From positions 228,908 through 292,907 of the forward strand of contig NW_003314300.1 of assembly GCF_000143415.4 (NCBI RefSeq): 64,000 nucleotides of DNA. Direction: 5' to 3'. Source of the stretch: Selaginella moellendorffii (Eukaryota > Plantae > Lycopodiophyta). Positions 21,602 through 33,014 of this stretch are shown here, piece after piece. The notes under the pieces are model-generated. The model worked only from the letters and a program-made list of their open reading frames with translations, was not told where the DNA came from and did not search any database. The first letter of the stretch is position 1. Each line of letters starts with the position of its first letter. The position numbers and the translations under genes were made by a program.

Positions 21602-23770
21602 GTGGGCAGCCATTCAATCGCGAGCTCCGATCTCCTCCAGCAAATCCAACACTGCAAATCGCTCGCTACTGCCCGGGTGATCCACGAATCCATCAAGAAT
21701 GCGAGCGGCTATGGAGGGAGAATCTTTAAGAATAAGATGGTCGAGCTCTATGGAAGGCTTGGATGTGTCAAGGATGCTCGAGAGGCCTTTGACGCGCTCC
21801 ATCCAAAGGATTCCTTCTCGTGGAGCTTTATGCTTTTGGCATATGCTCGAAATGGGCATCTGGAAGATGCGAAGAATACCTTTGATAAGATGCCTTGCAA
21901 GGATGCCGTGGTCTGGAATTCCATGCTGAATGCCTACATTGGCGTTGGTCGTGCGAACGATGCCTTGGAATTCTTTGAATCAATGCCGCAAAAAACTCTT
22001 TCTTCCTTCAACATGATTCTTGCGTCATATGCCCATCAAGGGCATCTTGACATGGCAAAAGCTCATTTTGATGCAATGCCTCTTCACTGTTTGATCTCCT
22101 GGACAAGTTTGGCTGTTGCTTATGCTCGAAATGGAGAAGTCAGAGCTAGTGAGGAGATCTTTTCCCAAATGCCGATGCACGACATAATCTGCTGCAATGC
22201 GATGCTATCTGCATACAGCAACAGTGGAAAAACACTCCATGCACAAAAGATGCTTGAAGAGATGGAGTTCGTCAACTTGATCTCTCTATCAACCATGTTA
22301 GCCGCATATAGCGAGAATGGCTTCTTGGAAGCGGCAGAAAGTCTCTATCATAGAATGCCACAGAGAGATTTGATAGTCTGGAACACCATGCTCGCAACAT
22401 ACACACAGTATGGAGATTTGACCCGGGCAGAAAAAGTTTTTGATGAAATGCCAGAGGCAAACAGTGCCTCATGGACGTCTATGCTGACAGCATATGCCCA
22501 GCGAGGGTATCCGGAGAAGGCAAAGGATTACTTTGCTAGAATGCCGCAGCATGACTTGATCTCTCAAAATGCCATGCTTTCAGCTTATATTCACAGGGGT
22601 AGAGTCGAGGATGCGAGAGAAATATTCGATTGGATGCCAGAAAAGAACTTGGTGTCGTGGAATGCCATTCTGGCAGCCTATTCTCAAAGAGGTCATCTGG
22701 AAAACGCTGCTTGTATATTTCGAGAAATGCCGTTTCTGGACGTGATTTCGTGTAATACAATGCTCATGTCGCTTGTGCAGAGTGAAAATGTCGAAAGAGC
22801 TCGGGAGTTCTTCAATAAAATGCCAGATCGAGACCTCATAGCCTGGAACACAATGCTAACAGCCTACACGCAAAGAGGAAAGCTTCTCCCAGCTAGAGAT
22901 CTGTTTGAAAGAATGACAGAAAGAAGTATAATATCCTGGAACTCAATGCTAGATGTATATGCCCAATCTGGGAAAATTGAGGAAACGAAGAACGCTTTTG
23001 ATTTGATGCCAGAACACGACCCTTCATCATCAACATGTGTTCTCGCTGCATATTCCCGGGATGCACATGTCGATGACGCTGAGAAGTTTTTTATATCAAT
23101 TCCATGGAAAGATCAACCAGTGTGGAACATTATGTTGTCTATATATGCCCAGGCCGGGCATACCAACAAAACCAAGGCCTTGTTTGATAGCATGCCATTC
23201 AAGAACTTGGTATCCTGGAATGTCCTTCTGTTTTCTTATGTCAAGAGTGGACAAGTTGAGAGAGCTGTCAAAGGTTTCTACGCTACTCCAGAGTGCGGCG
23301 TGATAACTTGGAGCACTGTTTTGGCTGGTCTCACCAGCAGCAGCGACTCCACTCGTGCATTGGAAATGTTTGATACGATGAAAACACTAGATCTGGTGGA
23401 CGAAGTCTCTTTCGTGTCTGCTCTCATAGCATGCAGTCGTGGAGGCAGTGTGGACGATTGCAAGAGCTGCTTTAGCTCTATGATCCTCGACTTTGGCCTT
23501 GATCCAGGAAAGCAACACTATTGCTGCGTGATCGATGGTTTGAGCCGTGCTGGGCATTTGTGTGCTGCTCAAGATCTCATCGCAAGCATGCCTTTTGTGC
23601 CAGATGCTTTACACTTGAGATGTTTTCTTGGAAGTTGTTCGTGGAATAACATCCATGACGGGGTAGAAGGAGTGAGAGATCTTTTCAGCTTGGACCCCAA
23701 AGGAGGAGCTGCTTATGTGTTGTTTAATCGAAGGCTTTTGCCTCAATTTACATTGGATCAAACACAATAA
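21602..23770 (+). CDS. PLS-class PPR protein with degenerate E domain (start codon uncertain; first ATG at 21737)
   Basis: 722-codon ORF of SS-like repeats ending HYCCVIDGLSRAG...MPFVPD. Confidence 0.88.
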   Translation: MGSHSIASSDLLQQIQHCKSLATARVIHESIKNASGYGGRIFKNKMVELYGRLGCVKDAREAFDALHPKDSFSWSFMLLAYARNGHLEDAKNTFDKMPCKDAVVWNSMLNAYIGVGRANDALEFFESMPQKTLSSFNMILASYAHQGHLDMAKAHFDAMPLHCLISWTSLAVAYARNGEVRASEEIFSQMPMHDIICCNAMLSAYSNSGKTLHAQKMLEEMEFVNLISLSTMLAAYSENGFLEAAESLYHRMPQRDLIVWNTMLATYTQYGDLTRAEKVFDEMPEANSASWTSMLTAYAQRGYPEKAKDYFARMPQHDLISQNAMLSAYIHRGRVEDAREIFDWMPEKNLVSWNAILAAYSQRGHLENAACIFREMPFLDVISCNTMLMSLVQSENVERAREFFNKMPDRDLIAWNTMLTAYTQRGKLLPARDLFERMTERSIISWNSMLDVYAQSGKIEETKNAFDLMPEHDPSSSTCVLAAYSRDAHVDDAEKFFISIPWKDQPVWNIMLSIYAQAGHTNKTKALFDSMPFKNLVSWNVLLFSYVKSGQVERAVKGFYATPECGVITWSTVLAGLTSSSDSTRALEMFDTMKTLDLVDEVSFVSALIACSRGGSVDDCKSCFSSMILDFGLDPGKQHYCCVIDGLSRAGHLCAAQDLIASMPFVPDALHLRCFLGSCSWNNIHDGVEGVRDLFSLDPKGGAAYVLFNRRLLPQFTLDQTQ

Positions 23771-23789
23771 TTATGCTGTTTTGCTCATG

Positions 23790-24800
23790 GCGATGGAGAA
23801 GGATAACTCATCTTCCAAACTTCGAGCCAACAGCTCTCATTGAAGTAGTGTTGCTTAGGATTCGTCTGCAGTATCTTCCAGAGGGTGTTGTTGAAGATAT
23901 ACTAGCGCGTTTGGCAGTGCGATGTTGCGCAACGCAAGGTTTGGGCGTCTAGGCCTTCTAGGGCCCGTTTCAGTCTTGCCAGTTGCATGCCAAGACATGA
24001 TCAATCCCCAACTTTAAGATCGTACAGCTTCAACAGGAGGTGATCATTCCAAGCACGATCGGCTTGGTGTGAATGATTTATAATGGCTGGAGGTTGTTTG
24101 GTTTTGTGCTCCAGTCCAGGCCATGATGGTGAGTTTCTAGTTGGGAATCCAGTGACGAAGCAATGGGTTACCATTCCAGCAACGCCCACAGCAACGTATT
24201 ATTACATGGTTCTGATGGTGGTAGTTCTGGTGATGGAACCGGGAGGGCAATGCTCAGCTTCTAGGACAAGGTCAGCGGCAAGTTAGACTTCAGAATCTTC
24301 CTAGCGGGATTTCACTTTGATTCAAGAGTCGGACGCTGGGGTCCGATTCACAAACTCTTTAGCAGAAACTTAGTGCTGACTTCCATGATCTGCATTGAGG
24401 GTGAGTGGTGTTGTTTGGCGTTGGATCCCTAGGATTGGAAGAAGCTGATCAATTTGGAGCATCCTGATCGATCCAACCCGTCTGTGCCAGTAGGCAGCGG
24501 TCGAGACTTCGGCTTGGTGGAAATCGGGAGTGGCTATCGGTATTCTTTCGAGCAAGGATATTTTCATCTTGAGAGGTGATTACTGCTGGGTGAGGCAACC
24601 AGTGGACGACATTATTACAGAATCTCAAGTGCTGGTCGAACTCAACAAGACCAAGCCCCTGAGTCCAAAGTAGTTGTGGACCAAATTCCGCAACTTCATG
24701 TTGCTATAATGTTTGGAGAGGAGGATTGGCGCCGTTTTGGATTTGAGCAGTTTGGGTTCGTGAGAAGCCCAAGTAGAGGGTTTGTCTATTGTTCAGAGCT
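23790..24800 (+). pseudogene. F-box gene remnant
   Basis: YLPEGVVEDILARL F-box-like start at about 23870 and 'FLVGNPVTKQWVTIP' F-box-associated motif; broken by stops and deletions. Confidence 0.6.
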
Positions 24801-24918
24801 TGACTTTGAGGAAGATGAACCACAGGGTAAGTTGTAGTTGTATATTAATATGATGTAAGATTTTCCGTCACAAGGAGAACTGTATCACTCCAGGATCTTC
24901 TATGAACTACTTGATCGA

Positions 24919-26103
24919 TCAAGCACACCACCCCCAATCCATGTCCAGATTGGAAAAACTTGGACACCAGCAGCCCATGTTGTTCCAGTTAACACCCCGA
25001 GAGCTTCTGAATGGATTTGCCATGCGGCTCCACTCTCTCAACGCCAGCTCGAAGCGAAACACCTCCTTGCAAGAGCTCAAGTCGCCACTCTTGGAAACAA
25101 ATGCCACCAAGACAATGTTGGCCATCGCAAACGCAAACCAGCCGGCACAATCGTCCTGCGAGATTGACTCTTTCAACAACCCATGCACGTACTTGTCTGG
25201 CAACTTTGATACGTCCTCCCAGTCCTCGTTGTTGCTGCAGACACAAAATTCTTCCATAGCGAGGTGACTTCCGTGGACCGTCTTTGCAACACGGCACGCA
25301 TGACACGATCCTTTTCGATTCTTTACACCACCATGACGACCAGGCTTGTACAGCCAGATTCTCACGCAACCTTGGAAATGCAAGCGCCTCTCCATCGAAA
25401 CACACACAAACACGCCGTGTTCCAGCTGAAAGAAGCGATACTTGACGCTCCCAGCACTTGGTGGAAGATGAAAGCTTCGCCCCTTGATCGGCCTGGGAGA
25501 GCTAATTGTTCTAACTGGATTTCCTGTCGCTTCCAAAACATCCAGCTGTTGCAGCGAGCTCGTGCCCAGGACATTAGCATACATCAGATGCCGCGAGCAC
25601 TCGAGCTTGATGCCCGAGTCTCCATTGAACCTCTCGCCCAAGTAGCAAATCCGCGTCCAGTCCTCCACCGGGGGAGCACCCACTGCCTCGAGCTTGAGGC
25701 TCGGGTTGAGCTTGAGGCTCGGGTTGAGCTTGCAGAGCCTGTGTGACTTGGGCGTGACAATGACTAGAAACTCTGACTCCACCGATGGAAGATTAATCTC
25801 TCTTACGAATCCAGTCACTGGGTTCCAAGCAAAGATGGTTTGAGTGTTGCTGTTCTCCTTGAAGAAGAGAATTCCACCCGCGACTCCGCAAAGATGACCC
25901 TTGATCTGGGATGGATATGGTAGCTTGTAGTTGAAAAATCCTCTTTCCATATCCCATACATGCAACACTTTTCCATTGTCATAAACGAGAGCGTGCCTCA
26001 GCCTGCTCACACTCTCCGCCACCTGGTAGTTCTTGCTTTTGCTATCGCTGGTTTCGTAAGGAGCGTACCTTGCACCACATCTCGTCGTTCCAAGCTTTGC
26101 CAT
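24919..26103 (-). CDS. F-box-associated/kelch-like beta-propeller protein with no recognisable F-box (copy 1)
   Basis: 394-aa intronless ORF with 'GGILFF...FAWNPVTG', 'WEDVSKLP' and 'FELALREW' motifs typical of plant F-box C-terminal propellers; conserved open paralog at 42590-43756. Confidence 0.65.
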   Translation of the reverse strand: MAKLGTTRCGARYAPYETSDSKSKNYQVAESVSRLRHALVYDNGKVLHVWDMERGFFNYKLPYPSQIKGHLCGVAGGILFFKENSNTQTIFAWNPVTGFVREINLPSVESEFLVIVTPKSHRLCKLNPSLKLNPSLKLEAVGAPPVEDWTRICYLGERFNGDSGIKLECSRHLMYANVLGTSSLQQLDVLEATGNPVRTISSPRPIKGRSFHLPPSAGSVKYRFFQLEHGVFVCVSMERRLHFQGCVRIWLYKPGRHGGVKNRKGSCHACRVAKTVHGSHLAMEEFCVCSNNEDWEDVSKLPDKYVHGLLKESISQDDCAGWFAFAMANIVLVAFVSKSGDLSSCKEVFRFELALREWSRMANPFRSSRGVNWNNMGCWCPSFSNLDMDWGWCA

Positions 26104-26131
26104 GACCTAATAAGTTGCACCCTTAAACCCT

Positions 26132-27324
26132 TTACAATGGAGCACTTATAACTGATGTCCAGCCGAATGATTTATCTTCAAATGGCATGGTACTAAGGAG
26201 CTCTTTCGCGTGCTCCAAACGCTTGGCGCGGGCTAGCAAATCAACCATGCAGCAGTAGTGCTGTCTCGTGGGTGTGATTCCATAATCTTCCACCATAGAC
26301 GCGAACAAACTTCTCCCTCGATAGACTTCACCTTCGTGGCTACACGCGATTAGCAGCGACACGAAACAAGCCTCGTCGGGCAAATCCACCATCTTCATAT
26401 GGTCAAAAACTTGGAATGCCTCGAGTATGTCACCGGCGAGAGAAAACTTGGCTATCATCACGCCCCATGAAACTACACTTCGCTCGGGCATATCCTGAAA
26501 GAACTGCTCCAAACGAAATATCGAACTCATCTGAGCATATGCCACAAGCATTGCATTCCAAACACACAAGATATTCTCCGGAACTTCTAAGAACAGCGAG
26601 AATGCATCTTCCAAATGCCTGTTTTGGGCACACGCAGTGATCATCATCGCCCAGCAGATTGAACTCCTTTCAGGCATTTGAGTGAAAGTATTCTTAGCTT
26701 CATCGAGACAGCCACGCCGTACGTACGCAGATAACAAGGCAATCCACACCGCTATATCTTTTTGCAAATGTAGCTCATCAAAGCTTTGCCTCAGTATCTC
26801 CAGATCTCCAACCATGGCATACGCAGAGAGAACCAAGTAGTCCAAGCCACGACATCAAGTTGTGGCATCCTATTCAAAACTTGCTTGGCCTTGTCCAACT
26901 TTTCAACACGAATGTAGCCGGCCACCATCATCGTCCATGAAATGGTGTCGAGAAAAGGCATAGACGTAAACACATGTTCTGCGAGATCCTCAAGCTGTTC
27001 CAAGATGTAAGCTCGGCCTCCGGCATCATGTCAAACACAAATTTTGCTTCTTTAAAGTTTTCTTCTTGGCCATACACATTAATCATAATGTTCCAGGTCA
27101 TCAAATCGCGCTCGGGCATGCGAGAAAACAACTCCTTGGCTTCGTCAAATTGGGAGTTTGCTACGAGTAATGCAATCAAAGCATTCCAAGTAATTAGATA
27201 ATGTTCCAAGCATCATATTGTAAATGGCCTGTTTTGATCTCACCACAGTTTCCAAAGCCAGACAACAAAGCATTCCAGCTTACCGAGTTCCTCTCCGGCA
27301 TTGCATCAAAGAGAGAGTGGGCTT
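26132..27324 (-). pseudogene. 5'-truncated, frameshifted copy of PPR gene 43785-45563
   Basis: ORF pieces 26132-26845, 26791-27003 and 26928-27209 match the intact paralog with small deletions; homology stops abruptly at about 27324. Confidence 0.9.
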
Positions 27325-28466
27325 TTGGTCCAAGCGTTGCATCATGCACGAAGTGGTGTGGACATTGTCTAACTTCCGACTTTGCGGAGGAATTCTGCAA
27401 ATGGGTGCAGAGTGACAAGTATGTGGAATGTCACGAGGAGGAGGTTCAGTCGATGCTTCAGGGACTCGTCAGCCGCTACCTGGAGGCGATTGTCACACCG
27501 TACTTCACGCTACAGGGACGAGTTCAACTGGACGGCATTCAACACACGGCCACGTCCATTCGCCTTGTTTTTGAATTCAAGTCGCAAGCAGGCAACGCTG
27601 GCGATCCGGACTTCCAGGTGCTGGATGGCTACCTCAGGGCACGCACTTTGTACGGTGGATTACAACCAAGTCGGTCGTATGCTTTGGAGATATGTCTCTT
27701 GGGGCCTCGTTTGGAGGTGTGGGGAGCTACTGTCGACAATGGCAGGGTTTGGGCGGAACCTTTTGCCGAGACCAAGTGCTACAGCCCTGAAGAATACCTG
27801 GTAGCCACAGCAAGGATATGGAGGGCAATCCATCACTTCGTGCAGGGCTACAAGGTGGTACCACTACAGTCGCCACCAATACCATGGCCGATAGCCAAGG
27901 AGACTTCTGTGCACCAGCTGGCGGAGGGCAAGCTTGTATTTCGCTACGAGAACAGTCAGGGCGAGCCGGAGGTGGCCAAGTTTGTATCCAAGTACAGCTT
28001 GGACGCACACAAGGCATGGTTACCGTATGCACCAGAGCTCCGCAGTGACGTTTTTGAGAAGCATGGGGTGAGGATGATCAGGATGGAGTACTTGACTCGA
28101 GAGAAGGGCTGGATTCCCGCTGATGAAGTTGTGAAGAATGTAAAGGGTGATGCGGGGCACGTTGTTAAGCTGACTGAGTGCATCGCGGTGGCACTCGATG
28201 TTGGTCACTCCAAAGGCTTTGTCCACGGTGATTTCAGGCTTTGCAATATCCTCCTCCGTGAGTCCCAAACAGTTGAAGCCGATGGATATCCCAAGTATGA
28301 TGCCAAGATTGTCGACTTTGATTGGGCCGGCTTGGCTGGGCATGTGGCCTATCCACGGATGAACAAGGCCATCTCGTGGCCTCCAGGTGCGCGCTACGGT
28401 GTTGCTATCACCAAAGAGCATGATATCTACTTCAAGGATAATATGGTGGAGCAGCTTAATGTCTAA
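27201..28466 (+). CDS. PD-(D/E)xK restriction-endonuclease-like + protein-kinase-like ORF (Crinkler/CR-effector-type C-terminal module), probably 5'-truncated
   Basis: LDG...LVFEFK...GDPDFQV..Y nuclease-like block, then kinase motifs VAKF, MIRMEY, HGDFRLCNILL, KIVDFDWAG and YP...WP.G...EHD. No introns. Confidence 0.7.
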   Translation: MFQASYCKWPVLISPQFPKPDNKAFQLTEFLSGIASKREWAFGPSVASCTKWCGHCLTSDFAEEFCKWVQSDKYVECHEEEVQSMLQGLVSRYLEAIVTPYFTLQGRVQLDGIQHTATSIRLVFEFKSQAGNAGDPDFQVLDGYLRARTLYGGLQPSRSYALEICLLGPRLEVWGATVDNGRVWAEPFAETKCYSPEEYLVATARIWRAIHHFVQGYKVVPLQSPPIPWPIAKETSVHQLAEGKLVFRYENSQGEPEVAKFVSKYSLDAHKAWLPYAPELRSDVFEKHGVRMIRMEYLTREKGWIPADEVVKNVKGDAGHVVKLTECIAVALDVGHSKGFVHGDFRLCNILLRESQTVEADGYPKYDAKIVDFDWAGLAGHVAYPRMNKAISWPPGARYGVAITKEHDIYFKDNMVEQLNV

Positions 28467-28769
28467 GAAGGTTGGAGTTCAGTATTCTTTTTTTTTTTTT
28501 TTTGCCGAGATGCGTATCCTTTCCATGTAAAAACCTCAGTGGACCTTTGGTTTTGTATTTTGGTGACACGCGAATGTAAGTCGTGCGCTTTAAGAGTTCT
28601 CCGACATGTTCTTTGTCGATTTGTTTTCTAGCGTCGCTCAGATCGAAGGTTTTGGATTTCCTAATATTCATTTGACAAGTCAATCAAACTGTGTCAATAC
28701 TTAGAGATTGCGCAGCTGAAACCAGCCCCTGGCCGAGCACTGCATGGTGGACGCTCTTACCCTCGCAAA

Positions 28770-31700
28770 CGAGCTAGAGGAACGCTGGAAATGGTGGAAA
28801 GCGAGGCGAGTAGTGTTTGCTTGGAGAATGGTGCTCGTTTAGACGGTTCTCGATTATAGAGGCCAAGTTCTCAAAGAGGGAGATTCTGGGAGTGGTTAGG
28901 GGACGCGAGCAAATGCCAGCGATTCTTCCTATAGAAGAAGTCGCGAGGATGATTGTGGAGCAGTGGCATGAGGATTTTGAGCTATGTTGATTGAGCATGT
29001 TCAATTAGAGGACATCCTCAAGATCAAGAATTCTCAGACTGCAGCGGGGGCTTGGTGTGCGCTTCAACAATTCTATTGTGAGCAATCATGGGCTACGGAG
29101 ATGAGCAGAATTGTTGCCAGGGTCACGAAAGGTGCAAGACTACATCGACCAAATGACGGCACTCCGGTGACAACCAATATGAAATCGTCATTTTCTGATG
29201 CAACGGGAGCTCTCATTCTTGCTCTACATGAGAAGTAATGAATCGCCTTCGATCAGACTTGGATCAAGTCATTGCCAGCATTCATCACTACACCAGCCTT
29301 AAGCGACATCTTCTCAGAAAAAGATGCATCGAAGGGCATGACGTTGGTCGCTTGAGTAGCTAGGAGGACATTCAACAAAAGGCAAAAAGCAGGAAACGAA
29401 TGGAATTTGGTGACGAGTCAAGTACATGAACATTCGATGCAACAAATGTTTGGACACTTTGTTGCCAATTGCCCAAGTCAAAAGGATCGTAAGCGCAAAG
29501 GACTGGTGAATCTGGCAATGACTGAAAAAAATAATGATCTTGATGGTACTTTGTTTTCTTAGAACTTATCTTTCGTCTTTGCAGATTATGCTGTGTTAGA
29601 GCAAGAGCTGGTTTCTGGATAGTGATGCCATCCACCACATGACGTCTGACCAATCACTCTTTTGCACCTATAAGAAGCTATCTCTATCAATATAGCTAGC
29701 AGAGAGGCTTTGCAAATAATAGCATTTGGATCAATTTATTTTCCATGCTTCAACTTGAATCTTTAATGTTTGTTTGTTCCAAAGTTACAAGAATTTTCAT
29801 TCAAAAGGATCGTAAGCGCAAAGGATTGATGGTGGATCAGGCAATGACTGAGAAAGATAATGATCTGGATGACTTTGTTTTCTCAGAACTTGTCTTTCGT
29901 CTCTGCAGATTATGCTGTTAGAGCAAGAGTTGGCTTCTGGATAGTGGTGCTATCCCTGACCGATCACTCTTTTGAAAGATAAGCTATAAGAAGTTCTCTT
30001 CTCTCTATTAGTAGAGAAGCTTTGCAAATAATAGCATTTGGATCAATTTATTTCAACTTGAATCTCTAATGTTTGTTTGTTCCAAAGTTAGCCAAGAATT
30101 TTCTCTCAGTTTATCAGCTTACAGAGCAAGGAGTCTACACAGTTTTCCATCACACAGCTGTGAACTTCATTTTCCATTGAACACAAATTGCCCAAGTGAT
30201 AGCTATAAGAATGGAGTTCACTTTATTTCTTGTGATCGTAAATGTTGCATCCATCACTAATAATTCATCCTTACAGTTATGGCTCCCTCATTTGGGGCAT
30301 GTAAGTTTTAGATGAGTCAAAGAGACATCTCAAATAGTTTGCGGAGTAACTAATGTATAGCATACAAAAATAATGCATGCGAGAGCTGTCTATATGTGAA
30401 AATGAAGAAAAAACCATTGCCTAAAAAAGCTACAACTAGAGGTTAATCAGTTTTAGATCTTGTTCACATTGATGTTTGGGGGCCTTCACATACTTTGTGC
30501 TGATCGTAGATGACCTTAGTTGTTTCACTATGGTTTCCTTTTTAAAGCAAAAATTGAACGCACCTTGGAAATTTCTTGAATGGAGTTGAGAATCTGTGAT
30601 ACACTTGGTGTGCGAGTCTGCAAACAGCAGATTTCTGCACGATCCTCGCATCATAAGGCATATCTCTCCAGATCTCTATGTGTATGATCATATAGCCACA
30701 AAGAAGGATGTTGACTGTATTGTGGCATGAGCAATGCTCAAGGCCATGAATGTCCCAAAGTTTTTCTGCACACAGGCTGTGAACACAGTAGTACACATTC
30801 AGAACAAAAGCTGTACTAAATAAAACACTGAATGGCTAAACCTTCTATTTAGTACTTTGTGTGTTTGGTTGCGTAGGGGTCATGTATATATCCAATGAGG
30901 AATGGTGAAATAAATGGGAAATCAATCAACAAGATGCCTAATGCTTGGCTACAGTGAGAATACAAAATGTGGCTATTAGGTTTGGATTTTCAGTCATAAG
31001 AAAGCCGGGTCAAAGACACTACCACAGATTTATCACCACTTGTGACTCAGAAATCACCACTGCCACTCCATGTGGAATTGCCACCTAAAATTCCATTGCA
31101 AGCTCCACTCATTCCACAAGAACATGATCCTCAAATAGCAATGCAAGGTAATTTACCGCAAATCCTAACATAGTGGATTTTCAAATTTCAGATCACAAAG
31201 CTCAAGATTAGTGGATCATACTTTCCAAGATATCCCCACAGCACCTACATGATCTTCTTGTTCTTGGAAGCCAATAGAGAACATTCTATATTACTATGCT
31301 CAAGCTGCACAAGTTGTTCACAAGTCAAAAACACTGGAGGAGGCCTTGTCAGGCCCTTAACAATTTCAATGGAAAGCTCTGATGCAAGCAGAGTACAATG
31401 TGCAACTAGAAAACAACCTTTGAATACTTGTTGCACCATAAGAAGTTCCTAAAGAGCGGTAAACTTCTTTCTTTCTAGGCTTAAAAATTTCTCATGACAG
31501 AGAGCGATTTTTTCTAAGGATTCATTAACAGAAGTACATCACTAATCCCATCAAAAAATATAAAATTTCTTCACCACACATTCAGTGCCAACTCCTGCAC
31601 TACAATTTTACAAACTCTCCAAAGCTAATGAATTATATTTTGAGAGGGAGAAAAAACGAAGATGATATAGCTACTATATTAGAATTTTGTTGGAGCTTTG

Positions 31701-32130
31701 ATGTAGGCCAGACATAGCAATGGCAGTGTCTTGAGTATGTCAATTCATGTAGAACCCGGGGAAGAGGCAGTGATACAAGGTGGAGCAAATCTTCAACTAT
31801 GTGGCACAAACCTTAGTATTTCACCTTGAGTTCAAAGACATGCCAGATGGAGAGATTGGAGAAGGGACATGGGTTCCATATAGCTGGAGATCTTGACAAT
31901 TGGTAAATTCTCTAATGCAATTGTATCTTGGCATAGCCAGAAACAACAGATGATAGCACTATCAACATGTTAAGTAAAATATAATATGGTGATAGAAGTA
32001 GTGAAGGAGGCATTGTGGATTCATCACCTATTGTGGGGCATTAGCTTTGAAATGCAAACATTGACGAATATATATAATGACAATATAGTGTGTCTACAAT
32101 CCATTATGAATCTAGTACATTATAGTAGAT
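28770..32130 (+). mobile_element. Highly degraded Ty1/copia internal region (gag-PR-INT-RT/RH remnants); no LTRs recognised
   Basis: IKNSQTAAGAWCAL (gag); WFLDSDAIHHM protease at about 29610 (duplicated about 29930); CESC..KMKKKP and LDLVHIDV integrase at about 30380-30480; VSWHSQKQQMIALST and KEALWI RNase H at about 31920-32020. Confidence 0.8.
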
Positions 32131-33014
32131 AAGCATTTCAAAATAGTTATTTTCTTTAATTGTTTTGGTTTATATATTTTTTATGGTTTATTTTGGATTA
32201 GTCTTTTGGTAAGATGTTACTGATATTTTCTTTAGCAATTTTAGTTCTTTAATATTGTTGATTGGGACTTGTTCAGATTAGTTGGTGTGATAATTAGCAT
32301 CAACAAGTATTTGTTAGCTCTTGTAGTATTTAGTCCAATATTTTAGTTACTATTAAGATTAATTTTGGTAAATTAGAAATTCAGGTGATACATTTGTGGA
32401 TACTTTATATATTTTAAGTTTTTTTTAATTTATAAGTTAATTAGTATGCTATTTACAATATTTAGTAATTAAGCATTATCATTACGTTTTTTTCTTGATG
32501 ATATACTTGCTAATTTTGTTGGATGGTTAATCTTATATCTTCCAAACTATATTATAATCATAATAGTTCCTATATTATACTATTTTATTAGATGATAACT
32601 TAGAAAACTTTGCTATTCTACTTTAAGTATTTTTGATTAATAATTCAATATCTTTATCTATGACTTTGATATCATCCATTATATTAATTTTGATATTTAG
32701 GCTAGTATAAATATGGTAACTTTGACACTTCATATGTATGGTGAAATTTTTAGTTATGGGGTAATTACTATTGATTCATCACATAACTATAAGACATAAA
32801 TCCCCAAGCCCTAAAGTGGAGCCGAAAGGGTGCCATATGGTAGTGGTCAAAGCATAAGTCTAACATACATAACATTTTTAAATCAAAAGCTCTAACTCAG
32901 AAAGTCAAGAGCAAGAGTAAAACTTCTAAAGAAGTGCTTAAGGAATAATTATGAAACAATCAGTGAACAAGCCTCTAGAAAAAGACATAAGAGGGACTAA
33001 CACATGACAAGTAT

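Larger units (their letters stand above)
24288..27324 (+). repeat. Segmental duplication, copy 1 (partner about 42033-45008)
   Basis: Near-identical sequence covering the F-box 3' remnant, the propeller gene and the PPR 3' part. Confidence 0.92.

Noticed and set aside
32130-32800. AT-rich tracts (also 57960-59300) as MITEs or Helitrons
   Set aside because: No TIRs, TSDs or terminal hairpin could be identified by eye.
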